Below are positions 1-8,221 of a DNA stretch of 64,000 bases, one piece after another (the stretch's first letter is position 1; every line of letters starts with the position of its first letter). Under the pieces are notes generated by a model. The model was not told the DNA's origin. It did no database searches and saw only the letters and a program-made list of their open reading frames with translations. The position numbers were made by a program, and so were the translations under genes. This DNA comes from Candidatus Aminicenantales bacterium (GTDB lineage: Bacteria > Acidobacteriota > Aminicenantia > Aminicenantales > UBA4085): positions 1 to 64,000 of the forward strand of contig JBEKTZ010000004.1 in the NCBI GenBank assembly GCA_049515535.1, in the 5' to 3' direction.

Positions 1-79
1 TTAACACAAATGCAGATTATCACTCTGATTCGAAAGATGTCAATTTTTTATAATTCGGGAGGGGCGAAAGACCGTGAAT
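1..79. repeat. Direct repeat of the intI upstream/promoter region (other copy 3850-3928)
   Basis: 1-79 aligns ungapped to 3850-3928 with mismatches only at 11-13 and 75; contains minus-strand TTGACA-16-GATAAT. Confidence 0.92.
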
Positions 80-151
80 GAAGGCTCTGAAAATGGATAA
101 GATTTTTAAATGGCTTGGCAAAGTTCCTTTGGTCAGCGAAGGACGAACCGG

Positions 152-229
152 CTAGTGTTGTTCCTCGCACTCGGCATGTTTGCTGCAGAGGAACCCGGCG
201 GGTTTTCCACAATACTTGCAGTTGCCCAA
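152..229 (-). pseudogene. Truncated cassette ORF (MGNCKYCGKPAGFLCSKHAECEEQH*)
   Basis: AGGAGG RBS and TTG start directly after the last attC; CxxC motif; stops after 25 aa with no downstream attC. Confidence 0.45.
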
Positions 230-245
230 CGTGACCTCCTGAACG

Positions 246-313
246 TGCTAATGCTCGGCGTTACCCGCGAGCGCCGTGTCACGGTGATCGTCGGGTGTAC
301 GCCGTTGTTCGAC
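246..313 (-). other. Degenerate attC site of the TA cassette
   Basis: Minus strand GTCGAAC-aacggcgtacacccgac...gcgggtaacgccgagc-ATTAGCA; paired L boxes, R' reads ATT instead of GTT. Confidence 0.65.
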
Positions 314-326
314 AGCGCACCCCCGA

Positions 327-617
327 TCATGCACTCAACGCGTCCGCAACAGCTTCGGGATTCTGGGCGGCGACGCGAAGCAGAGCTTGTGCAGGTCCAT
401 CCGGAATGCGCCGCCCCTGCTCCCAGTTGCGAAGTGTGGCCACGCTGACCCCGATCATCATCGCGAACTCGGTCTGCGACTTTCCAAGGCTGTCTCGGAT
501 GCCCCTGATATCCGCAGGCTTGAAGGTGATCGCACGGCTCGGGCGCATTTTCTTGCGCCGGATCTTCCCGGCCTGCCGAACACTCTTGATGAGGTCGTCG
601 AAGTCCTTCTGTTTCAT
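327..617 (-). CDS. higA: HigA-like Xre HTH antitoxin
   Basis: SQTEFAMMIGVSVATLRNWEQGRRIPDGPAQALL HTH motif; ATG overlaps the toxin stop. Confidence 0.85.
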   Translation of the reverse strand: MKQKDFDDLIKSVRQAGKIRRKKMRPSRAITFKPADIRGIRDSLGKSQTEFAMMIGVSVATLRNWEQGRRIPDGPAQALLRVAAQNPEAVADALSA

Positions 618-931
618 TTGAGCTCCTCCCGGACGATTCGAACTAGGACTCGAAGCTGATCCGGTGTCAGGTCCTCCTGGGTTGTCTTACCGTACACGAA
701 GAGCATGTAAAACACCTGCTCATCGGGCTGTCAGTAGTAGATCACCCGAACACCTCCCCGTTTTCCAACTCCCTTGGGTGCCCAGCGGACCTTTCGCAGC
801 CCACCACCGCCCTTGATGAGCGGGCCCTGCTCAGGGCGCAACACCAGGGCGATCTGGAGCGTCCTATAGTCCTCGTCCGGGAGCAGGTCTTTCACCCTTT
901 TCGTAAAGACCGGGGTCTCAACAAAGCGCAT
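614..931 (-). pseudogene. higB: RelE/HigB-family toxin with an in-frame TGA at 731-733
   Basis: MRFVETPVF...GGLRKVRW...GKRGGVRVIYY*QPDEQVFYMLFVYGK...EELK*; frame continues to a TGA overlapping the higA ATG. Confidence 0.85.
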
Positions 932-936
932 ACGCT

Positions 937-965
937 ACTATACGCCATTGGCGCACGTCAGTCAA
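937..965 (-). promoter_or_regulatory. Cassette-borne sigma70 promoter with palindromic operator, probably leaderless
   Basis: TTGACT-17-TATAGT ending 5 nt before the toxin ATG; imperfect palindrome TACGCCATTGGCGCA overlaps the spacer. Confidence 0.7.
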
Positions 966-983
966 CCCAGCTTCTTCAAGTCT

Positions 984-1081
984 GCCTAACGTAGCGATGA
1001 GCTGCGGCGAGCATGGCCGACCACCTCTCGCATTCTACCACCCTCACGAGGCGAGCCGTCAGCTCCATCGCGTTGTTGGAC
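984..1081 (-). other. attC site of the methyltransferase cassette
   Basis: Minus strand GTCCAAC-aacgcgatggagctgacggc...gccgcagctcatcgctac-GTTAGGC. Confidence 0.88.
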
Positions 1082-1159
1082 CGCAGGCGGGAGGTTTGGG
1101 TCCAGGCGCACGATGGGGAGACCGCAAGAGCGCGAGGGGCACGAATCGCGATTGGCGGT

Positions 1160-1732
1160 TCAGCTCAACGAGCGGACCAGCCAGTACCAATGAGACCGGA
1201 CGAGGCGGCGCCGGCTCTTTCGAGCGTTCTGCAGATCGAAACCGTGGGCGAATATCTCCTTGACTACTGCGGGCGATAGAGACACCTCGCTGGGAGGCGA
1301 ATCCAACGCCCAGATCAGGTGGGTGCCCCCCGGCCTGAGAAGACGGGACACTTCCGACACGTAGGCCCGCTCGCCATCCGGGTCGAGACAATGAAAGCAG
1401 CCGACGTCGAAGGAAACGTCGAACGGGCCGCTGAGCGCATCCAAGTGAGTCACGTCACCTACGAGGAATTCTGGCCGTACGTCGTCCTCGGCGACCCTCG
1501 CCCGCGCTTTGGCAATCGCGACTGGCGAGAAGTCGACTCCGGTCGCGCGCCACCCCTGTTGCTTTAGATAGCGCGTGAACCTCCCGACTCCACACCCCAA
1601 CTCCAGAGCACTCCGGGGAACTCCCTGCCGAGCCAGCGCCTTGAGCTCCTTGGGAATGCGAAGGTCACCCCAGAACGTGATGGGAGAGCGATAGGCGCGA
1701 TCGAAATCGGCGCTTGTCGTAGGCGCAGTCAT
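1160..1732 (-). CDS. Class I SAM-dependent methyltransferase (cassette gene)
   Basis: ALELGCGVGR, GVDFS and FDVGCFHCL motifs; GGAGG RBS before the ATG at 1732. Confidence 0.88.
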   Translation of the reverse strand: MTAPTTSADFDRAYRSPITFWGDLRIPKELKALARQGVPRSALELGCGVGRFTRYLKQQGWRATGVDFSPVAIAKARARVAEDDVRPEFLVGDVTHLDALSGPFDVSFDVGCFHCLDPDGERAYVSEVSRLLRPGGTHLIWALDSPPSEVSLSPAVVKEIFAHGFDLQNARKSRRRLVRSHWYWLVRSLS

Positions 1733-1923
1733 GATGCCTCCAAACTTCTGTAGACGGGGCTGAATAACCGCGTCCGGATTGTATATTGCGTACACACTGT
1801 GGCAGTCAAGATCCCCCGTGGGGATCCGAGGGCTCATCGAGTTCGTCCCGAACCTCGGCTCGCGCTCCTCACTCCTGGCGCTCGCCTTCGCCTCCCAGGC
1901 AACCCGGAAGCCTGGGGTCTGCG

Positions 1924-1983
1924 GTCTAACGCTCGGGCATCAGCGGCGCGCGCCAGCGCGTCCGCTGCATGCTCCTGTTAGCT
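1924..1983 (-). other. attC site of the first cassette
   Basis: Minus strand AGCTAAC-aggagcatgcagcggac...ccgctgatgcccgagc-GTTAGAC; R'' GCAGCTAAC is complementary to the cassette start GTTAGCTGC. Confidence 0.92.
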
Positions 1984-2003
1984 GCTTCCACACATTGCAC
2001 GCC

Positions 2004-3155
2004 TCATTTGCCTACCTGCACAAGGACGAATCGGGGCCAGTACAGAGAACGTGCGCCTTGTTGCGTAAACAGATCGCCGAACTCGAAACTGTTCGCGGCG
2101 TAAGTGGCGACGAGGTCCCCGGGGTCTGGACCGACCAACTCCGGGTGAGCCTTCGCTGCGTATACGAGCGGTCGAGGGCCGTCTGACTCGGGCGGACGGT
2201 ACACGACGACCGGCGAACTCCATGGGCCGGTGAGGGCCGGGGCCGTGCGCAGTCCGATCGTCGAGGCGCCGAAGCCGTAGCTTGCGATGTGGATGAACGA
2301 TCTCGTGTGCGCGTTCCAATGGAGCGAGCACTCGGCTCCGGCGTCGTCCATGACGAAGACCGGACCGCCTAAGCCGAGGGCGGACTCCGGGACCCATCCC
2401 CGGGCATCCCCCTCCCACCACTCGGCCCGGCTAACGTTGCCTTTCGCGAGTGAGGCCGCGGGGTAGCGAACGAGCGCGCCGGCGTGCGCTCCTTCCTGCC
2501 GGATGGCGAGTGCAATGACGTAGGCGCCATCTCGAACCACGGCCGTCGCCGGAATTGCATCGAACGCGCTCGGCGCGGCCTCGACGATGCGAGGCTCCCA
2601 CGTTGCCGCCGGCGCATCCGGTTCGTCGATCTGAGCGAGGGCGTACCCCGTGCACGCGAAACCGAGATTCTTGCCAGGCGTCCCGACCATGACGTAGAGA
2701 AAGATGACGAGCGGTCCCTCGGCGAGCCGGATTCCGTGGCCGGGCCAATACCAACGCTGCCCATGCTCTGGAAAGAATGATGCCGGCGAGCCATCCATAT
2801 TCTTCCGCCAGCTGAAGGTAATCGAAGCGGTGCGGGGGTCGTCCCCCGCCTGAATCGCAACCGTGTTGCGCACCATCTTCGACTCGGAGCGCACATTGGC
2901 GCTCGACAGGGCGACGAACGTGTCGCCGAAGAGCCAGAGCGTACGCCCTTTGGAGAGCGGCACCGAAAGTGCGGCGTCGCCACCGAGCCAGCGCGGGTCC
3001 TGGTGGAAGAGCCTGTCGGCTTCCACGAACGTGCGTCCCGTTGGGTCCCTCGCTGCAGGTTGTGATGACGCGCAGCCGATGGCACACAGCGTCGCAACGA
3101 TCAGCACGAACCGCGTCTTTAGGCCACCTTGACAGAGCGTGGTCTGGAGGTTCAT
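2004..3155 (-). CDS. Putative lipoprotein, DUF4185/DUF5005-like (cassette gene)
   Basis: Lipobox-like LCAIGC; WLGGDAALSVPL...TLWLFGDTFV and YAAKAHPE motifs. Confidence 0.7.
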   Translation of the reverse strand: MNLQTTLCQGGLKTRFVLIVATLCAIGCASSQPAARDPTGRTFVEADRLFHQDPRWLGGDAALSVPLSKGRTLWLFGDTFVALSSANVRSESKMVRNTVAIQAGDDPRTASITFSWRKNMDGSPASFFPEHGQRWYWPGHGIRLAEGPLVIFLYVMVGTPGKNLGFACTGYALAQIDEPDAPAATWEPRIVEAAPSAFDAIPATAVVRDGAYVIALAIRQEGAHAGALVRYPAASLAKGNVSRAEWWEGDARGWVPESALGLGGPVFVMDDAGAECSLHWNAHTRSFIHIASYGFGASTIGLRTAPALTGPWSSPVVVYRPPESDGPRPLVYAAKAHPELVGPDPGDLVATYAANSFEFGDLFTQQGARSLYWPRFVLVQVGK

Positions 3156-3178
3156 TCGCGGGCACCTCGCTTCCCAGC

Positions 3179-3208
3179 AGCTAACAATGATTATACAGTC
3201 TGTATAAT
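3179..3208 (-). other. Putative attI core with adjacent palindrome
   Basis: GTTAGCT crossover core with no attC hairpin upstream; palindrome ATTATACAG-T-CTGTATAAT at 3190-3208. Confidence 0.75.
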
Positions 3209-3321
3209 TCTGCAAATACAGACTATCCCTTTCCGTATAAGAAGTCTCTCCCTTTTCCTGTCTTTTCGTCCATCGCCTTTCATTTCAACTGCTTACCTCC
3301 ATCTTTCACCACAGAGCTTCC

Positions 3322-3346
3322 CGGTTTATACAGACTGTATAAACCG
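3322..3346. repeat. Perfect palindrome CGGTTTATACAG-A-CTGTATAAACCG
   Basis: 12-bp arms; same core as 3190-3208; 2 bp from the intI stop. Confidence 0.85.
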
Positions 3347-3348
3347 AG

Positions 3349-3856
3349 TCAAAGCCTATCAACCGGGCTTCGTACTCCGTGACCTCCCTTATTCAAGACA
3401 TGGGTATAAATCATAGTCGTGCTGATGTCTTTATGTCCCATCAACTCTTGGATCGTTCGAATGTCATAGCCTGCTTCAAGCAGGTGAGTGGCGAAAGCAT
3501 GCCGGAATGTATGACAGCCGACATGTTTGACCACGCACGTGCCGATATAAGAACAATAAAGCACTCAAGGCCTGATTCTGCGTCGAGGCGCTTACCTTTT
3601 CCTTGACGGCTAAATGAGTGAGGAACCCGTTGATCTCGGCTTCGGCCATATCGGCCGGATGGCGGACATTGTGGAAGAAGATGAACCGTTTTACCCAGTG
3701 GCAATAGGTCTGTTCCGTACGACGGCTGTAATGGCGGGACCTCAGCGCTTCGCGAAGACGATCGAGCAGTTTTGGGGGCCGGACGGAATAAGCGGCTTTT
3801 TGTTCCGCGACGAAGACGACTTCCTGTCTTGTCTGTAAATATCCCCCCGTTAACAC
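3349..3856 (-). pseudogene. intI: Integron integrase with large internal deletion and frameshift
   Basis: N-terminal PKLLDRLREALRSRHYSRRTEQTY...[17 protein letters not shown] joined out of frame to [27 protein letters not shown]...TTMIYTHVL...GVRSP. Confidence 0.92.
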
Positions 3857-3864
3857 AAAATTAG

Positions 3865-3892
3865 ATTATCACTCTGATTCGAAAGATGTCAA
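3865..3892 (-). promoter_or_regulatory. Putative intI promoter
   Basis: TTGACA-16-GATAAT directly upstream of intI. Confidence 0.6.
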
Positions 3893-3940
3893 TTTTTTAT
3901 AATTCGGGAGGGGCGAAAGACCGCGAATAAGGTCGTTGCT

Positions 3941-4031
3941 GGGGTCGCGTCTACACTTTTCACTTTTCATGGGGCAAGGCAATGAATAGAAATAGATTCG
4001 AGAAAAAAGTGAAAAGTGTAGACGCGACCCC
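3941..4031. repeat. 27-bp perfect inverted repeat (REP-doublet/MITE-like)
   Basis: GGGGTCGCGTCTACACTTTTCACTTTT at 3941-3967 and its reverse complement at 4005-4031. Confidence 0.9.
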
Positions 4032-4046
4032 GTTATCTCCTTTTGA

Positions 4047-4775
4047 TCAGCGCAGGACAAACCGGACAGTCACGGTGAAGACGACGCCGCGGGGTCGGCC
4101 GTTGATGACCATGGGCTCGTACATCCACTTCCGGACGGCTTCGAGCGCGGCTTCGTCAAGGAGCGGGATCGACCGCAGCACACGGTCATTCACCACGCGG
4201 CCATAGATATCGGTTGTGGCCTCGATGATCACGACGCCTTCCACCCGCGCTTGGCGGGCGATCTCCGGATAGACGGGCTCGATTCGTCTCAACAGTCTGG
4301 GCTGACGGACCTCTCCGGCCACCCGGACGGGAAGCTCGGCTGGACCTCCGAGTAAGTCGAGAATCGGCCCGATGATCCCGTTAAAAGAACCGCCGGGGAT
4401 CCCTCCTTCAACGCCGCCGTCGACTCCACCGTCCACGCCGGTCCCAAATATCTGCTCTTCGGCGATCTCGCTCGGAATGTCGACAGGGGCGACGAGCTTT
4501 CCGGCTTCGAACGCGAGCCGAGCTTGGACGGGTTTGATGCGTCCGGCAAGAGCCCCGGCGTTTTTTTTGGGCGGGGGAGGAGGCGGCGCTGGATGAGGAG
4601 GGATGATTAAAAAAGCATCAGCAGCGACTTGATAGCGCGGCAGATTTCCGACATGAAGAAGCGGCAGACAAATGATCAGCATCACGAGTCCGGCATGGAT
4701 CATGAAAGACAGGGGCAAAACCCAGGCCCTTGCGCCGATCGGCCTTTGTTCGTTGATGAGTACATCTTGAAACAT
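4047..4775 (-). CDS. tonB: TonB-family energy transducer
   Basis: TM helix with SFMIH (SxxxH), Pro-rich linker, YPEIARQARVEGVV TonB_C motif; AAGGAGG RBS. Confidence 0.9.
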   Translation of the reverse strand: MFQDVLINEQRPIGARAWVLPLSFMIHAGLVMLIICLPLLHVGNLPRYQVAADAFLIIPPHPAPPPPPPKKNAGALAGRIKPVQARLAFEAGKLVAPVDIPSEIAEEQIFGTGVDGGVDGGVEGGIPGGSFNGIIGPILDLLGGPAELPVRVAGEVRQPRLLRRIEPVYPEIARQARVEGVVIIEATTDIYGRVVNDRVLRSIPLLDEAALEAVRKWMYEPMVINGRPRGVVFTVTVRFVLR

Positions 4776-4854
4776 GGTCGCCTCCTTATCGGAGCCCGGC
4801 TCCCGCCGTCGCTCCGCCGAGGGACTGAAGTCTTCATGACCTCTTCCACTTCAA

Positions 4855-4880
4855 ATACAACGGAAAATAGGATTTATTCC
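4855..4880 (-). promoter_or_regulatory. Putative ECF sigma promoter, copy 1
   Basis: GGAATAAATC-N10-TTGTAT, same boxes and spacing as 9786-9811. Confidence 0.72.
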
Positions 4881-4940
4881 CCCGCAAGCTTAAAGAAAGC
4901 CTGGCTCTGCCTGAAAGAGCTTTAGGAATCAGGGTGATTT

Positions 4941-7900
4941 TTAGGGGATCTCCGGCGCTTTCAAAGCCGCCAGTTTCTTCCTGGCATCCTCGACTTCGGG
5001 CAGCCCGGAGTCGGCGTCCTTCCAGATGGCCAGGAATTTCTGATATTGCTCCATCGCTTTCTTCTTCGCGCTCTTCAGTTCATACAGCTTCGCCAACCGG
5101 TAGTGATAGAGGGGGTGGATGAGTGTCCGCTGCGCTTCTTTAGGATCGAAGGTGACCAGCCGTTCATATTCGGTGATCGCTTTGTCCATGTCTCCCTTCT
5201 TGACATAAGCGCGGGCCAAAGCATCCTTTTGGAACGGGATATTATAGATGAAGAGAATTTCCGGTCGCATGGCGGGGGGGTTCCCCAGGGGTCCAATATT
5301 CTCCAGCACGGAGACGGCATGATCGACGAATCCTCCGGCGAGCAAAATCTCGCCTTGGGAATAATCGTAAAGGAAGGCGAATTGGGCTTGGTTGGCGGGA
5401 CTGATCCTGACCAAGAGCGGCTTCATTTCTGCCAGGCTCGTTTTAGCCGCATCGAGCCGACCTTGCTTGATGTCGGTTATTCCCAAAAAAAATAGATAAT
5501 AGGCTTTAGCATCCGAGAACGAAGCCGGAATGCTTTTCGAAGCGAAATCGTACCAGCTTTTGAGCAGCATCCGGCTCTGTTCGAATTCGCCTCGGTCGCC
5601 GCGGATCAAGCCCATCAATAATTCCGCTCCGGCTTTGCTCTCCGCATAACCCCGCGATTCTGACAAATCCGCCAACTGCTGAAGATCGGAGAGGGCCCGG
5701 TTGAGGCGGCCAAGCAAGTAAAGGAAAAAGCTATGAATGGACGATCCCTGCCCCTTAAATCCTATTGATGGGGCTTTGGCGAAAAATTCGTCCACACAGT
5801 TCATGGCATTCGTGTAGTCCTCTTTGAAGGCATAGACATAGGCCAGAGAACCAAAAGCCATTACAAAATCGGGCTTTCGATACAGAACTTCCTTGTATTT
5901 GGCAATGGCCTCGTCCAGGTTCCCCATGCGATAGTAGAGCTCCGCCATGGAATCGATCGGGTTGACATCGTCGGGGGAAGATTCTGCGTACCGCTTCAAA
6001 TAATCGATCGCTTTGTCGTATTGGCTCAAGTCGGCGTAGGCGAAGGCAATCACGTTCAGGGCAGAGCCATACTTGGGGTCGAGGGCCAGCACTTTATCCA
6101 ATTCCGAAATTGCCAACTCCGGCTTATTCCTCCCCCTGTAATAGGACGCCAGCTCGAAGTGCGCCTCTTTTTCCTTGGGGTACTTTTGAACGATTTCTTC
6201 GAGGATGCGGAATCGCTTTTCGGGATCTCTCTCGACCGCTCCGGCATAGGCCTCTTCGATATAGAGTCTCTCCTTCTCGGCAGCCTTTCTCGAGAGAACT
6301 TTTGCTTTTTCATAGGCCTCGACACTGACCCTCTGATTGAAGAGAGATCCCTGCGTTCGAGCCAGGTAAAGGTAGGCTTCCGCAAAATCGGCGTCGAGGG
6401 CGACGGCGTTCTCGAGAAGCTGCCGGGCCTGTTCATAATAGAACTTCTCGTAGGCGTCTTTTCCCTTGAGGAAGCTGTTATAGGCTTCCATGGAGGATGT
6501 GGGCACATCGGGCGCGCTGGGCCGGGCCGCTTGGATCTTGCGCTCGGATACGCCCACGCCTCGGGAGATCTCTCGACTGAGCTCACCGATCTGCTTTTCG
6601 AGGATACTGCGAATGCCCTCGCCCTGGGAGCTGGCGCTCTTCAGCAGGGCCTTGGACTCGACATCCAGGACCTTGACATCTGTGGCAAACATGTCTCCGG
6701 CTTTGACAAAACTGCCCACAACGATCGTTTCTACGCCGTCTTTGCGGCAGAGCTCGAAGCCCGATTCCTTGTCGATCGTTTCGGAGCCGGCCTTGCCCAT
6801 CTGACGGAGGAGGTCGTCCATCCGTTCCCACGTCGTCACCCTAAGATAATTCGACTGCTCGAGGCTCGAGATAAGGAGATTCGGGATCGCCTTCTTCAGA
6901 TAATCAAAGGTCTTATCGCCCGTCTGATTTTCGAAACTGATCACGGCGATGGAGCGCCTCTGCTCGGGACGGAGGCCGCTTTCCTTTTTGAAAAAAACGA
7001 ACCAGACGGCTATGGCAACGGCGAGCCCAGCCACGGCCAAAGCCGGAATGAGCATTTTCTTTGGGCCGAAGGTGACGGTGATTTGTTTGCCCGTAGTCGT
7101 CTTTCTTTTCGGGATGATGTGTTCAGTGGTCGGGATGCCCTGTTCGATTTTTTCGAGCTCCATTCGCAGGTCTCCGGCCGAGCGATACCGCTTGTCCCTA
7201 TCTTTCTCCAAGCATCTCAGGATGAGCCGGTCGAGGTCCTCGGGGATCTGCGCGTTGATGTCCCTCGGGCCCTTTGGCATCTCGCTCTTATGCTTGACGC
7301 CGACAGTAAAAGGCGTGTCGCCCTCGAACGGCACGCACCCCGTCAACATTTCGTACAATATGATCCCCAAAGAATAGATGTCCGACCGCTCATCGACATC
7401 CTTCCCTTCCACCTGCTCGGGACTCATGTACTCGGGCGTTCCGACTATCATCCCTGCGCCCGTGATGCCCTTGGCGTGTAAGGAACGGGCTATCCCAAAG
7501 TCCATAATCTTGGCGTTCCCGCCCTTGTCAATCATGATATTGCCGGGCTTAAGGTCTCGATGAACGACTCCCAGCCGGTGCGCTTCGGCCAGCCCGGCGC
7601 AGACCTGCTTGGCGATGGAAACCGCTTTCCCCGTGCTGAGCGGCGCCGCCCTTTGGATGAAACTCTTCAAGTCCTCGCCCGGGACATATTCCATCGTGAT
7701 GTAATAAATGCCCTTTTCCTCATTGAGGTCGAACATCCGGCAGACATTCCTGTGGGCGATCTCTCGGGCCAGTCGCAGCTCGTTCCGGAATCGCTCGACC
7801 GTTTTCTTGTCCGCGGCGATCTCTGATTTCACCAGCTTGAGGGCGACCTCCACGTCGATCTTCCTGTCGAATGCCCTGTAGATCTTGCCCATTCCGCCTT

Positions 7901-8108
7901 TACCGAGCTCTTCGATGATCTCGTACCGGCCGGCAAACAGAGTCCCCCGGCCAAGCATTTCCTGTGGTGTCTCCAGAGTTTTGGTCATAGAATCCTGAAA
8001 CGGCGTCTCGGGTAATCCTAACCGTGTTCCGCAGCCTGCGCAAAACCGGGCAGCATCGGTATTCTCAGAATGACATTTCGGGCACGTGACGTCCATTCCT
8101 GACCCCAT
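4941..8108 (-). CDS. Zn-ribbon/Ser-Thr kinase/TM/TPR protein
   Basis: CPKC..CAGC, LGKGGMG, VALK, HRDLKPGN, DFG, GTPEYMSPEQ, TM helix, many TPRs; start may be 8096. Confidence 0.93.
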   Translation of the reverse strand: MGSGMDVTCPKCHSENTDAARFCAGCGTRLGLPETPFQDSMTKTLETPQEMLGRGTLFAGRYEIIEELGKGGMGKIYRAFDRKIDVEVALKLVKSEIAADKKTVERFRNELRLAREIAHRNVCRMFDLNEEKGIYYITMEYVPGEDLKSFIQRAAPLSTGKAVSIAKQVCAGLAEAHRLGVVHRDLKPGNIMIDKGGNAKIMDFGIARSLHAKGITGAGMIVGTPEYMSPEQVEGKDVDERSDIYSLGIILYEMLTGCVPFEGDTPFTVGVKHKSEMPKGPRDINAQIPEDLDRLILRCLEKDRDKRYRSAGDLRMELEKIEQGIPTTEHIIPKRKTTTGKQITVTFGPKKMLIPALAVAGLAVAIAVWFVFFKKESGLRPEQRRSIAVISFENQTGDKTFDYLKKAIPNLLISSLEQSNYLRVTTWERMDDLLRQMGKAGSETIDKESGFELCRKDGVETIVVGSFVKAGDMFATDVKVLDVESKALLKSASSQGEGIRSILEKQIGELSREISRGVGVSERKIQAARPSAPDVPTSSMEAYNSFLKGKDAYEKFYYEQARQLLENAVALDADFAEAYLYLARTQGSLFNQRVSVEAYEKAKVLSRKAAEKERLYIEEAYAGAVERDPEKRFRILEEIVQKYPKEKEAHFELASYYRGRNKPELAISELDKVLALDPKYGSALNVIAFAYADLSQYDKAIDYLKRYAESSPDDVNPIDSMAELYYRMGNLDEAIAKYKEVLYRKPDFVMAFGSLAYVYAFKEDYTNAMNCVDEFFAKAPSIGFKGQGSSIHSFFLYLLGRLNRALSDLQQLADLSESRGYAESKAGAELLMGLIRGDRGEFEQSRMLLKSWYDFASKSIPASFSDAKAYYLFFLGITDIKQGRLDAAKTSLAEMKPLLVRISPANQAQFAFLYDYSQGEILLAGGFVDHAVSVLENIGPLGNPPAMRPEILFIYNIPFQKDALARAYVKKGDMDKAITEYERLVTFDPKEAQRTLIHPLYHYRLAKLYELKSAKKKAMEQYQKFLAIWKDADSGLPEVEDARKKLAALKAPEIP

Positions 8109-8221
8109 TAATAATAGTGTGGCTTAAGATTATCAAAGAATAGAGAGGTCGTCAATTCGCCCTCCCTCTTCCCCTCCTTTTTTGCCGATCGGGCAGAAGG
8201 GGGATGAGCCGGGGATTTTTT

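Larger units (their letters stand above)
152..3892 (-). mobile_element. Integron: intI pseudogene, attI, three attC-bounded cassettes and a remnant
   Basis: IntI-like fragments, a GTTAGCT core at 3179-3185, attC hairpins at 1924-1983, 984-1081 and 246-313; all cassette ORFs on the minus strand. Confidence 0.88.

Noticed and set aside
731..733. TGA as selenocysteine or an alternative genetic code
   Set aside because: TGA terminates many genes here, and the position fits Trp rather than a catalytic Cys
3190..3346. Palindromes as LexA boxes
   Set aside because: The order is ACAG-N-CTGT, not CTGT-N8-ACAG, and they lie downstream of intI
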